Below, piece by piece: positions 8,623 to 15,514 of a stretch of DNA of 44,048 nt. Both the position numbers and the translations under genes were made by a program. Within the stretch, counting starts at the first letter, position 1, and every line of letters starts with the position of its first letter. A model generated the notes under the pieces. That model made no database searches. It saw only the letters and a program-made list of their open reading frames with translations, and was not told where the DNA came from. This DNA comes from a virus (lineage: Duplodnaviria > Caudoviricetes): positions 1-44,048 of IMG/VR virus record IMGVR_UViG_3300046795_000008; one strand, given 5' to 3'.

Positions 8623-9280
8623 TAGCCTTTAGTTTCAACGGATACAACGCCTGCCAACTGTTCATAATCGACTGATCCAAAACAGCTTTTGGGTCGTGTC
8701 CATCCGCCTTGAGGGAGGCCAAATCCTTGACCGCAAGTTCTTTTGCGTGATCCGTCATGTTTTTTCGGATCTTTCGCCGCATTTCTTCAAACGCTTGCCA
8801 AGTTTCTTTCGGAATCCAATCAGGTAAGTAGAACTTGTGTTTTGACTTAGATGGTTTCTGAGGTTTTGAATTACTAAAATCTAAATCTAAAGAAACATCT
8901 AAGACGTTTTTGACATGATTATGGGACTCATGTGGTACCGTTTTCGTACCGTTCTGCGGTCTGGAAGCATAGTTCGCCTTCTTTTCGAAGGTTCGTTCCA
9001 TGCCAGGACTTACCCAGCGTTCTCCCCGTAACTCCCACGCGGCAAAAATCTGTGGTCTCACCCGCCTCCAGATATCCTCTGAAGGGGAGCCGAGCCAGCG
9101 TCTGATCGCGGCCATGTCGTTAGGGATAGAGCCCGGTGGTTCTTCCTGCGTCGAGATGTTAAGCAAATGAACGTGCATACCTCTCGCGTCCCACTCCATT
9201 GCGAGAACCTTGTTGTCACCGAGGTACTGCTTTGGGTCCCACTGAATCGAATACGGTCTTGCCAACTGCTGAGCCCTCAC
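8492..9280 (-). CDS. Phage replication initiator (YdaU/DUF1376-like N-terminus)
   Basis: N-terminal WDPKQYLGD..ARGMHVHLL..GSIPND. C-terminal LPDWIPKETWQAFEEMR...DQSIMNSWQAL, typical of phage initiators. Confidence 0.8.
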   Translation of the reverse strand: MRAQQLARPYSIQWDPKQYLGDNKVLAMEWDARGMHVHLLNISTQEEPPGSIPNDMAAIRRWLGSPSEDIWRRVRPQIFAAWELRGERWVSPGMERTFEKKANYASRPQNGTKTVPHESHNHVKNVLDVSLDLDFSNSKPQKPSKSKHKFYLPDWIPKETWQAFEEMRRKIRKNMTDHAKELAVKDLASLKADGHDPKAVLDQSIMNSWQALYPLKLKANGNGKAADKHARDKETISRIYEELHPEDVGHPKGNLLKLSPHG

Positions 9281-9286
9281 TTAGCC

Positions 9287-9538
9287 TTACTGGAATACCT
9301 CGGGAACTAGGTTCCCTTGGCCGCTTATTGATACCTGTGGCTTCGTCCGTCGTTTGGATCGAGGCCGCCCGCAAACCTTACAGACACGCGCATTGCGCCG
9401 TTCTCGCACTTGGCGCTTATGGGCCGCCTTACATTCCTTTGAACAGGTGAAACAGTTGCGCGCCTCTCTTTCAGTGGGTATCAAGGCCGCGCAATGGATA
9501 CAAAAAGACATTTGGTTTATCTCTCCGGATCTTCTCAT
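9287..9538 (-). CDS. Small Cys-rich (zinc-finger-like) protein
   Basis: CxxC, CSxxC and CxxCG motifs. Confidence 0.65.
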   Translation of the reverse strand: MRRSGEINQMSFCIHCAALIPTEREARNCFTCSKECKAAHKRQVRERRNARVCKVCGRPRSKRRTKPQVSISGQGNLVPEVFQ

Positions 9539-9570
9539 CCCCTCGCACAGGATAAAAAGACCCCAGAGAG

Positions 9571-10254
9571 TTACTGACCTACCACCGCTAAACTCTGCCG
9601 TACTATGCCCTCAAGACTGGCAGGGTCATCCTGTTTCAACCGCTCTAACATGGCGTCTACTTCCGCCAGGAACTTCTCGACGGCCTGCTCCATCGCGGCA
9701 ATGCGCGCATCGTCCCGGGGGAATCGCTTCACAAATAGCTGTAGTTTCCTGGGTAGGCGCGGGTCAAACGAAACGAAGTCAACCCACTGGCGATTAGTGC
9801 AGGCCATCTCCGCAAGCATCTGGGGCTGGTAGTCTTCAGGCGGAACGCCCGCCAATAAGTAATCGAGATGAACCGCCGTAGTCGGGCACTTGATTTCAAG
9901 GATTCCGTCAATGCCAATCAGGGCATCCGGGGATGCTCCGAAGCGCCCAATACGGTCGTGGATGGCAAACCCGATTGATTCTGTCTCAAGGTCGTTGGCT
10001 ATCTCGTAGGCCGCCCGCGCCAAGGGCTCTGTCTCAATGCCCCACTCCATTGCTGGGCTCACGTAACTGTCGGCGGTCCTGCCCGTAAGAGTCTCGATTA
10101 CAACCTCGTACCTGTAGTTACGCCGTGCCGCCGATTCGCCATCTTTCCGCTTAAGCACGGCCATAGCGTCAGCCACGCGCGAGCCCGTCACCATGCCGCA
10201 GCGCATCTGCAACCACTCAGGCGTCAATTGCTCAAGTCCTTCGACGATTGGCAT
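9571..10254 (-). CDS. YqaJ / lambda-exonuclease family 5'-3' exonuclease
   Basis: WLQMRCGMVTGS, AMEWGIETEP, GASPDALI, LEIKCP motifs. Confidence 0.95.
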   Translation of the reverse strand: MPIVEGLEQLTPEWLQMRCGMVTGSRVADAMAVLKRKDGESAARRNYRYEVVIETLTGRTADSYVSPAMEWGIETEPLARAAYEIANDLETESIGFAIHDRIGRFGASPDALIGIDGILEIKCPTTAVHLDYLLAGVPPEDYQPQMLAEMACTNRQWVDFVSFDPRLPRKLQLFVKRFPRDDARIAAMEQAVEKFLAEVDAMLERLKQDDPASLEGIVRQSLAVVGQ

Positions 10255-10991
10255 TAGGCAAACTCCTTCTTGCGGGCATCCTTCGCCGCTGTGAACATCT
10301 GCAGGGCCTTGCGGTCGCTATTGTCCACGCCTTCTTTCTTGGCAATCATCCAAAGCCGCTGCAACTCTGGCAGGTCTTTGGCGTTAGATAGCCATTCACA
10401 CAGTTCTTCCACGCGACCCATGGCTACACCATTCCCGTCCGTGTCATCTTCGCCAATTGCGATGTTGAAGATGTCCTTCACGAGATACCTCTTGGCGTAG
10501 GAGTCGGACGCGCCAGTAGCCTGCGTAGCGGTCATTACAGGCTCACCTTTCGGCCCCTTGGTATCTACTGGCCAATCGACCTGATAGGGTTCTTTGTGGC
10601 CTCGCAATCTAACCCAGCAAATGACTCGTATGTGATCTGGCTTCGGGCAGTCTGCGTGGGTGAATGAAAGACTGAACCCTTCAGGGCCATAGATCGGCCG
10701 AATAACCCGGTCAATCGCAGCGTAAGAGGCGTATCTGCTATGCTTCTGCGGGTTCTCAAGGTCCGGCGCAATACGCTTGATCTTATCTTGCACCCGGTTC
10801 AAAGCTTCGTTGAAGTCAATTTCCGCATTTCTATCCTGTTCGTCTCTTTGCAGGGCCGCCAGCCGCTCGATAACATCGATTGCCGCATGGTTGTGCAGCG
10901 CCAGGGAAAGCAAATCCATATGCGTCGGCGCCCGCTCAGGCACAGTCAGTGCCAACTGCTCCTCAATCATTGCTTCTGTTGCTTTCGCCAT
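10254..10991 (-). CDS. erf: ERF-family single-strand annealing protein
   Basis: YASYAAI, QATGASDSYAKRY and EDDTDG motifs; coupled to the exonuclease gene. Confidence 0.9.
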   Translation of the reverse strand: MAKATEAMIEEQLALTVPERAPTHMDLLSLALHNHAAIDVIERLAALQRDEQDRNAEIDFNEALNRVQDKIKRIAPDLENPQKHSRYASYAAIDRVIRPIYGPEGFSLSFTHADCPKPDHIRVICWVRLRGHKEPYQVDWPVDTKGPKGEPVMTATQATGASDSYAKRYLVKDIFNIAIGEDDTDGNGVAMGRVEELCEWLSNAKDLPELQRLWMIAKKEGVDNSDRKALQMFTAAKDARKKEFA

Positions 10992-11000
10992 AAGTCCTCC

Positions 11001-11240
11001 TCAGACAAACAACTGGCAGGCCGTGAAGATCACCAGGCTCACAATCAACACAATCGCCCCATATACGAACCAGTCATAAGGCACAAACATCACCACGGCG
11101 GAGGGTTTCGCTGATCGCACTGGAATGAGTTGGAGCATTTCCAACCCTTCACACAAAGCACACCGTTCCTTGCCCATCGGAATAACCAACTCTCGACACT
11201 CGGGGCAGATTCGGCTCATGGGCAGAACTTTGGCGCTCAT
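11001..11240 (-). CDS. Small Zn-ribbon protein with a C-terminal transmembrane helix
   Basis: GAGGTG SD before MSAKVLP; CPEC...CALC; hydrophobic C-terminus. Confidence 0.65.
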   Translation of the reverse strand: MSAKVLPMSRICPECRELVIPMGKERCALCEGLEMLQLIPVRSAKPSAVVMFVPYDWFVYGAIVLIVSLVIFTACQLFV

Positions 11241-11350
11241 AGAAACCACCTCAGAACTTTGGGAACCAGCCAATAAAACAGCCACCAGATAGTTGCCCCG
11301 ACTATGGCTGCAACGATCGGCCAGGGATTCAACCGCTGTTCGGGAATCAT
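11237..11350 (-). CDS. Small membrane peptide (37 aa)
   Basis: MIPEQRLNPWPIVAAIVGATIWWLFYWLVPKVLRWFL; ATGA overlaps at both ends. Confidence 0.7.
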   Translation of the reverse strand: MIPEQRLNPWPIVAAIVGATIWWLFYWLVPKVLRWFL

Positions 11351-11886
11351 CGCTGCAACCCCCTGAGTGAACTACCCGACGCGTAACCTTCAACCGCTAT
11401 CCCGATAAGTCGGCCAATCGTCGCTAACTTCCTATGGCCCTTGCGCTCCAAGAAATCAGTGCCTAAGACAACCCCAGCACCAGTCAGTCCGAAGTAAGCC
11501 GCCTGCCCTGCGGTCGAATGCGGCACCAACGGGTTGCTTTCGTGCCAACCCGGGGCCGAAAATCCCTTCATCGTCGCCCCGGCATCAAGGGCCTGCAGGG
11601 TTACAAAGGTTGGTACTAGGAACTTGCGGGAGAATAAAAAAGCGCTAGGGCGGCTGCCCGCAGCCGCCCCTTTCGTCGGCTCTAGTGTTCCCTCGCCAGA
11701 GGCTCGTTCCGACGAACTTGGTGCCAGATCTTCACGCCCATTGCTGGGTACGGGATTGCTCCACGAATGTTTAACGTCCATCTGGCAAACTGCTGAAATC
11801 GACAGGGCGGCCATGCTCACCACAAGACATGCCGCCCTGACTGCGCGACGGGTGACGGGAAGGGCTTTTTGTCTGCGCAATGTCAT
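11347..11886 (-). CDS. Exported or membrane protein with a DUF5658-like C-terminal domain
   Basis: Probable start MTLRRQK (GAGG SD, ATGA overlap). Signal-like segment ending AVC|Q. LDAGAT...HESNPL motif. Confidence 0.65.
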   Translation of the reverse strand: MTLRRQKALPVTRRAVRAACLVVSMAALSISAVCQMDVKHSWSNPVPSNGREDLAPSSSERASGEGTLEPTKGAAAGSRPSAFLFSRKFLVPTFVTLQALDAGATMKGFSAPGWHESNPLVPHSTAGQAAYFGLTGAGVVLGTDFLERKGHRKLATIGRLIGIAVEGYASGSSLRGLQR

Positions 11887-12110
11887 GAAATCCTCTTGAG
11901 TCTTTCTAGCCACGTTCCCAAAACGTTGTGGCTGCATCTGTCACCGCACAACGGCCTTATTCCCGCCGACATCTCGTCACCTTCACGCCAAGGGGAGAAC
12001 ACTAAGTTGCCTTCCTGCTCCCAAACCTTTTGCCAGTGGTTTGTGTCTTTCTTCGTCTCTGAGCAGTTCGGCCCAGAGCATCGAATCGTGACTGTGACAA
12101 ATTGGCTCAT
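11883..12110 (-). CDS. Small Cys-containing hypothetical protein
   Basis: CSGPNC...TNHW...LCGDRC. Confidence 0.7.
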   Translation of the reverse strand: MSQFVTVTIRCSGPNCSETKKDTNHWQKVWEQEGNLVFSPWREGDEMSAGIRPLCGDRCSHNVLGTWLERLKRIS

Positions 12111-12121
12111 CGAAGTTGACT

Positions 12122-12313
12122 CTAAGGCTCCGCTGCTTCTCCGTCACAACAGGGCATATTTTGCCCGTCCCTGATCCCCACACATGGCCTGCATTTGCAC
12201 TTGCAGAGAACGTATCCGTCTGGCCCGTCCTCGATTCGGTGCTTGAATCCGTAGGACTTCCCGCCGCCGTCCTTAAGTTCGCCTATCGACACTCCGCAAT
12301 GACGGCAGCGCAC
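12122..12313 (-). CDS. Small Cys-rich hypothetical protein
   Basis: Tiles within the early operon. Confidence 0.55.
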   Translation of the reverse strand: MRCRHCGVSIGELKDGGGKSYGFKHRIEDGPDGYVLCKCKCRPCVGIRDGQNMPCCDGEAAEP

Positions 12314-12315
12314 GG

Positions 12316-12579
12316 CTAGAACCTCCCTTGCTGTCCGTCATAATGGCAATGGTTTCTGGCGCAGTAGCCTTTGCAGAACCACTCCGAACAGTCCTTGCAC
12401 TGGGTTAGGGATTGCTGAACAACTGCGTGATCGCAGCTTTGGCAGTGATGGTGACCAGGAGGAAGGAAGGTCGGACCGCAGATGTCGCAGTCGTATTCCC
12501 GGTTTCGGGCCTTATCTACTACTTCACAAATCAGGTCGATAGTGTTGCCAACGTTAAGAAGGTGCTTTTCAGTCGCCAT
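12316..12579 (-). CDS. Small Cys/His-rich (zinc-binding) protein
   Basis: Multiple CxxC motifs; GAGGAGG SD and TAATG coupling. Confidence 0.7.
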   Translation of the reverse strand: MATEKHLLNVGNTIDLICEVVDKARNREYDCDICGPTFLPPGHHHCQSCDHAVVQQSLTQCKDCSEWFCKGYCARNHCHYDGQQGRF

Positions 12580-12782
12580 TAGGCGGCCTCCTCACATTCG
12601 GTCGATGCTTGCGGTGATTTCTTTGGGGGAAGGGAACTGACTGCCGAACATTCGGCACAACGACGGCGTTTCGCCATCGGGCCAGCCTGTGGGAAGTAAA
12701 GGGGCCGAGTTCCACGTAATACCTGATATCTTCCGTTATCGGACATTGCAGGTACTTCGCGGGCTGTAGAGGCGAATGTCAT
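12579..12782 (-). CDS. Hypothetical early protein
   Basis: Lies between the RHH gene and the coupled downstream gene. Confidence 0.5.
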   Translation of the reverse strand: MTFASTAREVPAMSDNGRYQVLRGTRPLYFPQAGPMAKRRRCAECSAVSSLPPKKSPQASTECEEAA

Positions 12783-12788
12783 ACGAAA

Positions 12789-12947
12789 TTAGGCGGAGAC
12801 GCCTTCCTTGGTTGCTAATGCCCGAAGGGCTTGCCGAACAATTTGAGAAACCGTCGTGCTACCCAGTTTCTTCATCAGGGTAGTCACGATTCTCTGATCG
12901 TCGGGGGTTAGTCTTACATTGGCGATTGACGGTTTCTGATGTCGCAT
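12789..12947 (-). CDS. Ribbon-helix-helix (CopG/Arc-like) regulator, 52 aa
   Basis: Manual translation MRHQKPSIANVRLTPDDQRIVTTLMKKLGSTTVSQIVRQALRALATKEGVSA shows an RHH pattern. First gene after the early promoter. Confidence 0.8.
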   Translation of the reverse strand: MRHQKPSIANVRLTPDDQRIVTTLMKKLGSTTVSQIVRQALRALATKEGVSA

Positions 12948-12957
12948 AACGTGTGAC

Positions 12958-12985
12958 AATGTAGCACATATCTATTCTTAGTCAA
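12958..12985 (-). promoter_or_regulatory. Early sigma70-type promoter
   Basis: TTGACT-16 nt-TACATT with an extended -10 TG, in an AT-rich gap; 10 nt from the -10 box to the ATG. Confidence 0.75.
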
Positions 12986-13015
12986 GCACTAAATTTGCTT
13001 TGTTTTCAACAACAC

Positions 13016-13045
13016 AAAAAAGCCCTCCCCAGTGAGAGGGAGGGC
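13016..13045 (-). terminator. Rho-independent terminator ending the late/lysis operon
   Basis: GCCCTCCC...GGGAGGGC stem followed by T6 on the minus strand. Confidence 0.9.
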
Positions 13046-13083
13046 AGTGTTAAAGGAGGAATTATGGACGCTCTTAGGCGTCT

Positions 13084-13728
13084 TCAGACAATATTCGGCA
13101 CGCCACAGGGAAAAACTGGCTTGACGCTCCCTCCGGGCTTGAACATATTGAATGCTGACACTTGTTTCTGCACGTACTGGCCATCTTGCAGGGTCCACAG
13201 TTCCCACTGTGCCCAGCCGAAACCCTTGGCATAGCGGTTTACTTCGAGATTGGCGCTATTCTGGCCCCAGCGGTATTGAAGTGTCAGGCTGTCCCGAACC
13301 CCTAAATCTCCCTTGAAGTCGAATTCATCGGGCCATACTTCCGTCAGGATGCCGCCGCCCAGGTTGTGCAGGGTGAAGTTTGCGCAATCGAGGTATGCCC
13401 GATAGGACGAATCCGCCGTGACAATACCGCGCGCGTTGTCAGGAACCGCTCGGGGAGACCAGACGACCCCGCCATTTGATCCAGGCCACGACTTAGAAGC
13501 AAACATCTTGAACGTCTTGGGATTTGTCCAATCGACCTCGGTTATTGACTGGTATACAAACTTGCTGTCAAACGTGTTCATGTCCCAGGGAAAGCCCTGG
13601 GCGTTCTTGATGTACCAGATTTGGTTTCCTATGACCGTCGTATAGATGGGCTGACCGCCATTGGCGATCGCCAAGTGGTTCGACAGGGCCCAGACCTGGT
13701 CGGGCAGCATGTATTCTAGGATGTCCAT
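13084..13728 (-). CDS. Hypothetical protein, last gene of the late operon
   Basis: 214-aa ORF abutting the endolysin stop; aromatic and beta-rich. Confidence 0.8.
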   Translation of the reverse strand: MDILEYMLPDQVWALSNHLAIANGGQPIYTTVIGNQIWYIKNAQGFPWDMNTFDSKFVYQSITEVDWTNPKTFKMFASKSWPGSNGGVVWSPRAVPDNARGIVTADSSYRAYLDCANFTLHNLGGGILTEVWPDEFDFKGDLGVRDSLTLQYRWGQNSANLEVNRYAKGFGWAQWELWTLQDGQYVQKQVSAFNMFKPGGSVKPVFPCGVPNIV

Positions 13729-14226
13729 TTAGGCGTCTTTGGTCGAAGTCTCGGAGAACAGGCCTGCAGCGGTCCAAACGGCATTGATACCGCCCTGGGC
13801 GTAGGCATCGCGCACGTACTCGTTGGGCGACACGGGCAAGCTGCCAGTCAGCTGGAAGTGCGGATAGTCCGGCAAGGTGCGCCACTCGGCCCCGGCGACA
13901 AGCCCTTGGGCCTTGCCTGCAGCAACAATCTTTTGCCAGACTGGATCTTTAGAATTCCAGTTTGGGCCCAGCGTAGTCATGGGAACCACGTCGACCGCAA
14001 GTCCAAAGTTATGGTAAGAGTGCCCCGGCGCGGCATTAGTGACAATATTGCCCAGCGTCGATCGGCCCTGCTCGTACAGGGCTTTCTGCTCATCCCAAGT
14101 GCGCAGGCCTTGGGTAACGCGGATTGTGATGCCCTGCAGTGCCAAGTCCATGGCCATGGTTCGCACCAGTTCGGCCAACTTGGGGTGAACGTGCGAGAGT
14201 CTTTCTTCGGAAACAGAATCCATCAT
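13729..14226 (-). CDS. Endolysin, M15 family (L-Ala-D-Glu peptidase type)
   Basis: GLRTWDEQKALYEQGR, SYHNFGLAVD, DYPHFQ motifs. Confidence 0.93.
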   Translation of the reverse strand: MMDSVSEERLSHVHPKLAELVRTMAMDLALQGITIRVTQGLRTWDEQKALYEQGRSTLGNIVTNAAPGHSYHNFGLAVDVVPMTTLGPNWNSKDPVWQKIVAAGKAQGLVAGAEWRTLPDYPHFQLTGSLPVSPNEYVRDAYAQGGINAVWTAAGLFSETSTKDA

Positions 14227-14432
14227 TTCCTCAACAGAATCTCCGCCAGCCACTTCCGGTCCCCCTCTGGCACCAGCGTCATCAGGAGCACCAGCATTTC
14301 GCGCTCAGACCGTCTCTGGTTCGCGCCCAGCCCATTTACGTCCTTCCGCATGACTTTCTGTAGTGCGATGGCTGAGCCCGCTAGGAACATGGCCCCCACT
14401 AAGGCAGCGAGCGCATCCCAAGGAAGGTTCAA
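14223..14432 (-). CDS. Small membrane protein of the lysis cassette
   Basis: N-terminal hydrophobic helix; coupled to the endolysin gene. Confidence 0.65.
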   Translation of the reverse strand: MNLPWDALAALVGAMFLAGSAIALQKVMRKDVNGLGANQRRSEREMLVLLMTLVPEGDRKWLAEILLRK

Positions 14433-14668
14433 TGCTTGACCGTCAGTTCCCCGTCGTTGGCCTCAATCGCGTAGAGCCTGCCCACTTTGAAAGATTCATC
14501 CATGACAACCGGGACAATGACAATCGAGGCGAGGCCTTCTTTGAGGAACCGGATAGATGGGAGGATGAAATCTTCGTCGGCTTCGAACAAGAGCTCTAAC
14601 CGATCCTTGCCGACTAGCTTCTTAGCTACAAGGCGGTACTGTCCTAGGGTCATCTGGTCCTCGGTCAA
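14429..14668 (-). CDS. Hypothetical protein
   Basis: Tiles in the operon. Confidence 0.55.
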   Translation of the reverse strand: MTEDQMTLGQYRLVAKKLVGKDRLELLFEADEDFILPSIRFLKEGLASIVIVPVVMDESFKVGRLYAIEANDGELTVKH

Positions 14669-14700
14669 CAGAATAGGGCCAGAGAGCGCCCGGGGGTCTA

Positions 14701-15069
14701 CTACGCGGTCTTTGCTTCGTCGTGATGAATCGAGTTCAGTAAATCCACCGTCGCCTGAGCGTATTCCGTCACTGCCTGAGTGAATAGCGCTTCGTTGTCG
14801 ATCTTCTTTCCTACAACCATTTCCGACGTCTTGATGACGTTGGCGACCAGTGGAATCACGGCTTGAAGCTTCTCGACTCCCGGCTTGCCCTGCAGCGCAG
14901 TCTCAATCTGAACCACTACTGAGCCGATCGCCGTCAGATCATTTAGGCCCTTGCCGACGTATTCTGCGGCCTCGCCCGAGCCAAGGAACGGTTTAATAAT
15001 TGGCCCGATGCCGAGCGCAACAGCGGTAACGTTTGCAAGGATCTGGCCCAGTTTCTTCAAGAACGTCAT
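14701..15069 (-). CDS. Amphipathic protein, possibly lysis-related
   Basis: AAGGAG SD; MTFLKKLGQILA amphipathic N-terminus. Confidence 0.7.
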   Translation of the reverse strand: MTFLKKLGQILANVTAVALGIGPIIKPFLGSGEAAEYVGKGLNDLTAIGSVVVQIETALQGKPGVEKLQAVIPLVANVIKTSEMVVGKKIDNEALFTQAVTEYAQATVDLLNSIHHDEAKTA

Positions 15070-15100
15070 TGTTTCTCCTTTGTAGGTTAGCGGTTAGAGT

Positions 15101-15487
15101 TCATGACAGCGGCGGCGGCATCTGGGGAAGAACGTCTTTCACCCATGGCACCTTGCTTACTACAAAGTCCATAACCGAATCGACGGTATGGCCGAAAACA
15201 GCCGCAAAGACGGCGAATTGCGTGACCATCAGTACGACCCAAGAAAAGTTAGCCCAGCCCAGATAGTCCAGAGCCTTGCCTGCAAACTCAGGCGTGAATA
15301 GAGCCCAGAAAACCATGCTGTCTAGGAAGAATCGCACTAGCAAGGGAATCCAGCAGCGTTGTACGAACTGAGTATAGTTATTGGCGATGGGATTCGGCCC
15401 AGTGACGAGATAATAAGCTCTCTTGAGCCAGTACATTGCCGCTCCCACAAAAAACCACAACCAAAGGAATAACAGGTGCTTGTTCAT
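15101..15487 (-). CDS. Holin candidate (about 3 transmembrane helices)
   Basis: Three hydrophobic segments; located upstream of the endolysin. Confidence 0.6.
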   Translation of the reverse strand: MNKHLLFLWLWFFVGAAMYWLKRAYYLVTGPNPIANNYTQFVQRCWIPLLVRFFLDSMVFWALFTPEFAGKALDYLGWANFSWVVLMVTQFAVFAAVFGHTVDSVMDFVVSKVPWVKDVLPQMPPPLS

Positions 15488-15514
15488 GTTAGGGGTCCGT
15501 TTCTGGGGGAGTTA

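Noticed and set aside
11347-11886. Tat signal (TRRAV) in the DUF5658-like protein
   Set aside because: It has twin Arg but a poor match to S/T-R-R-x-F-L-K, so I cannot support the call.
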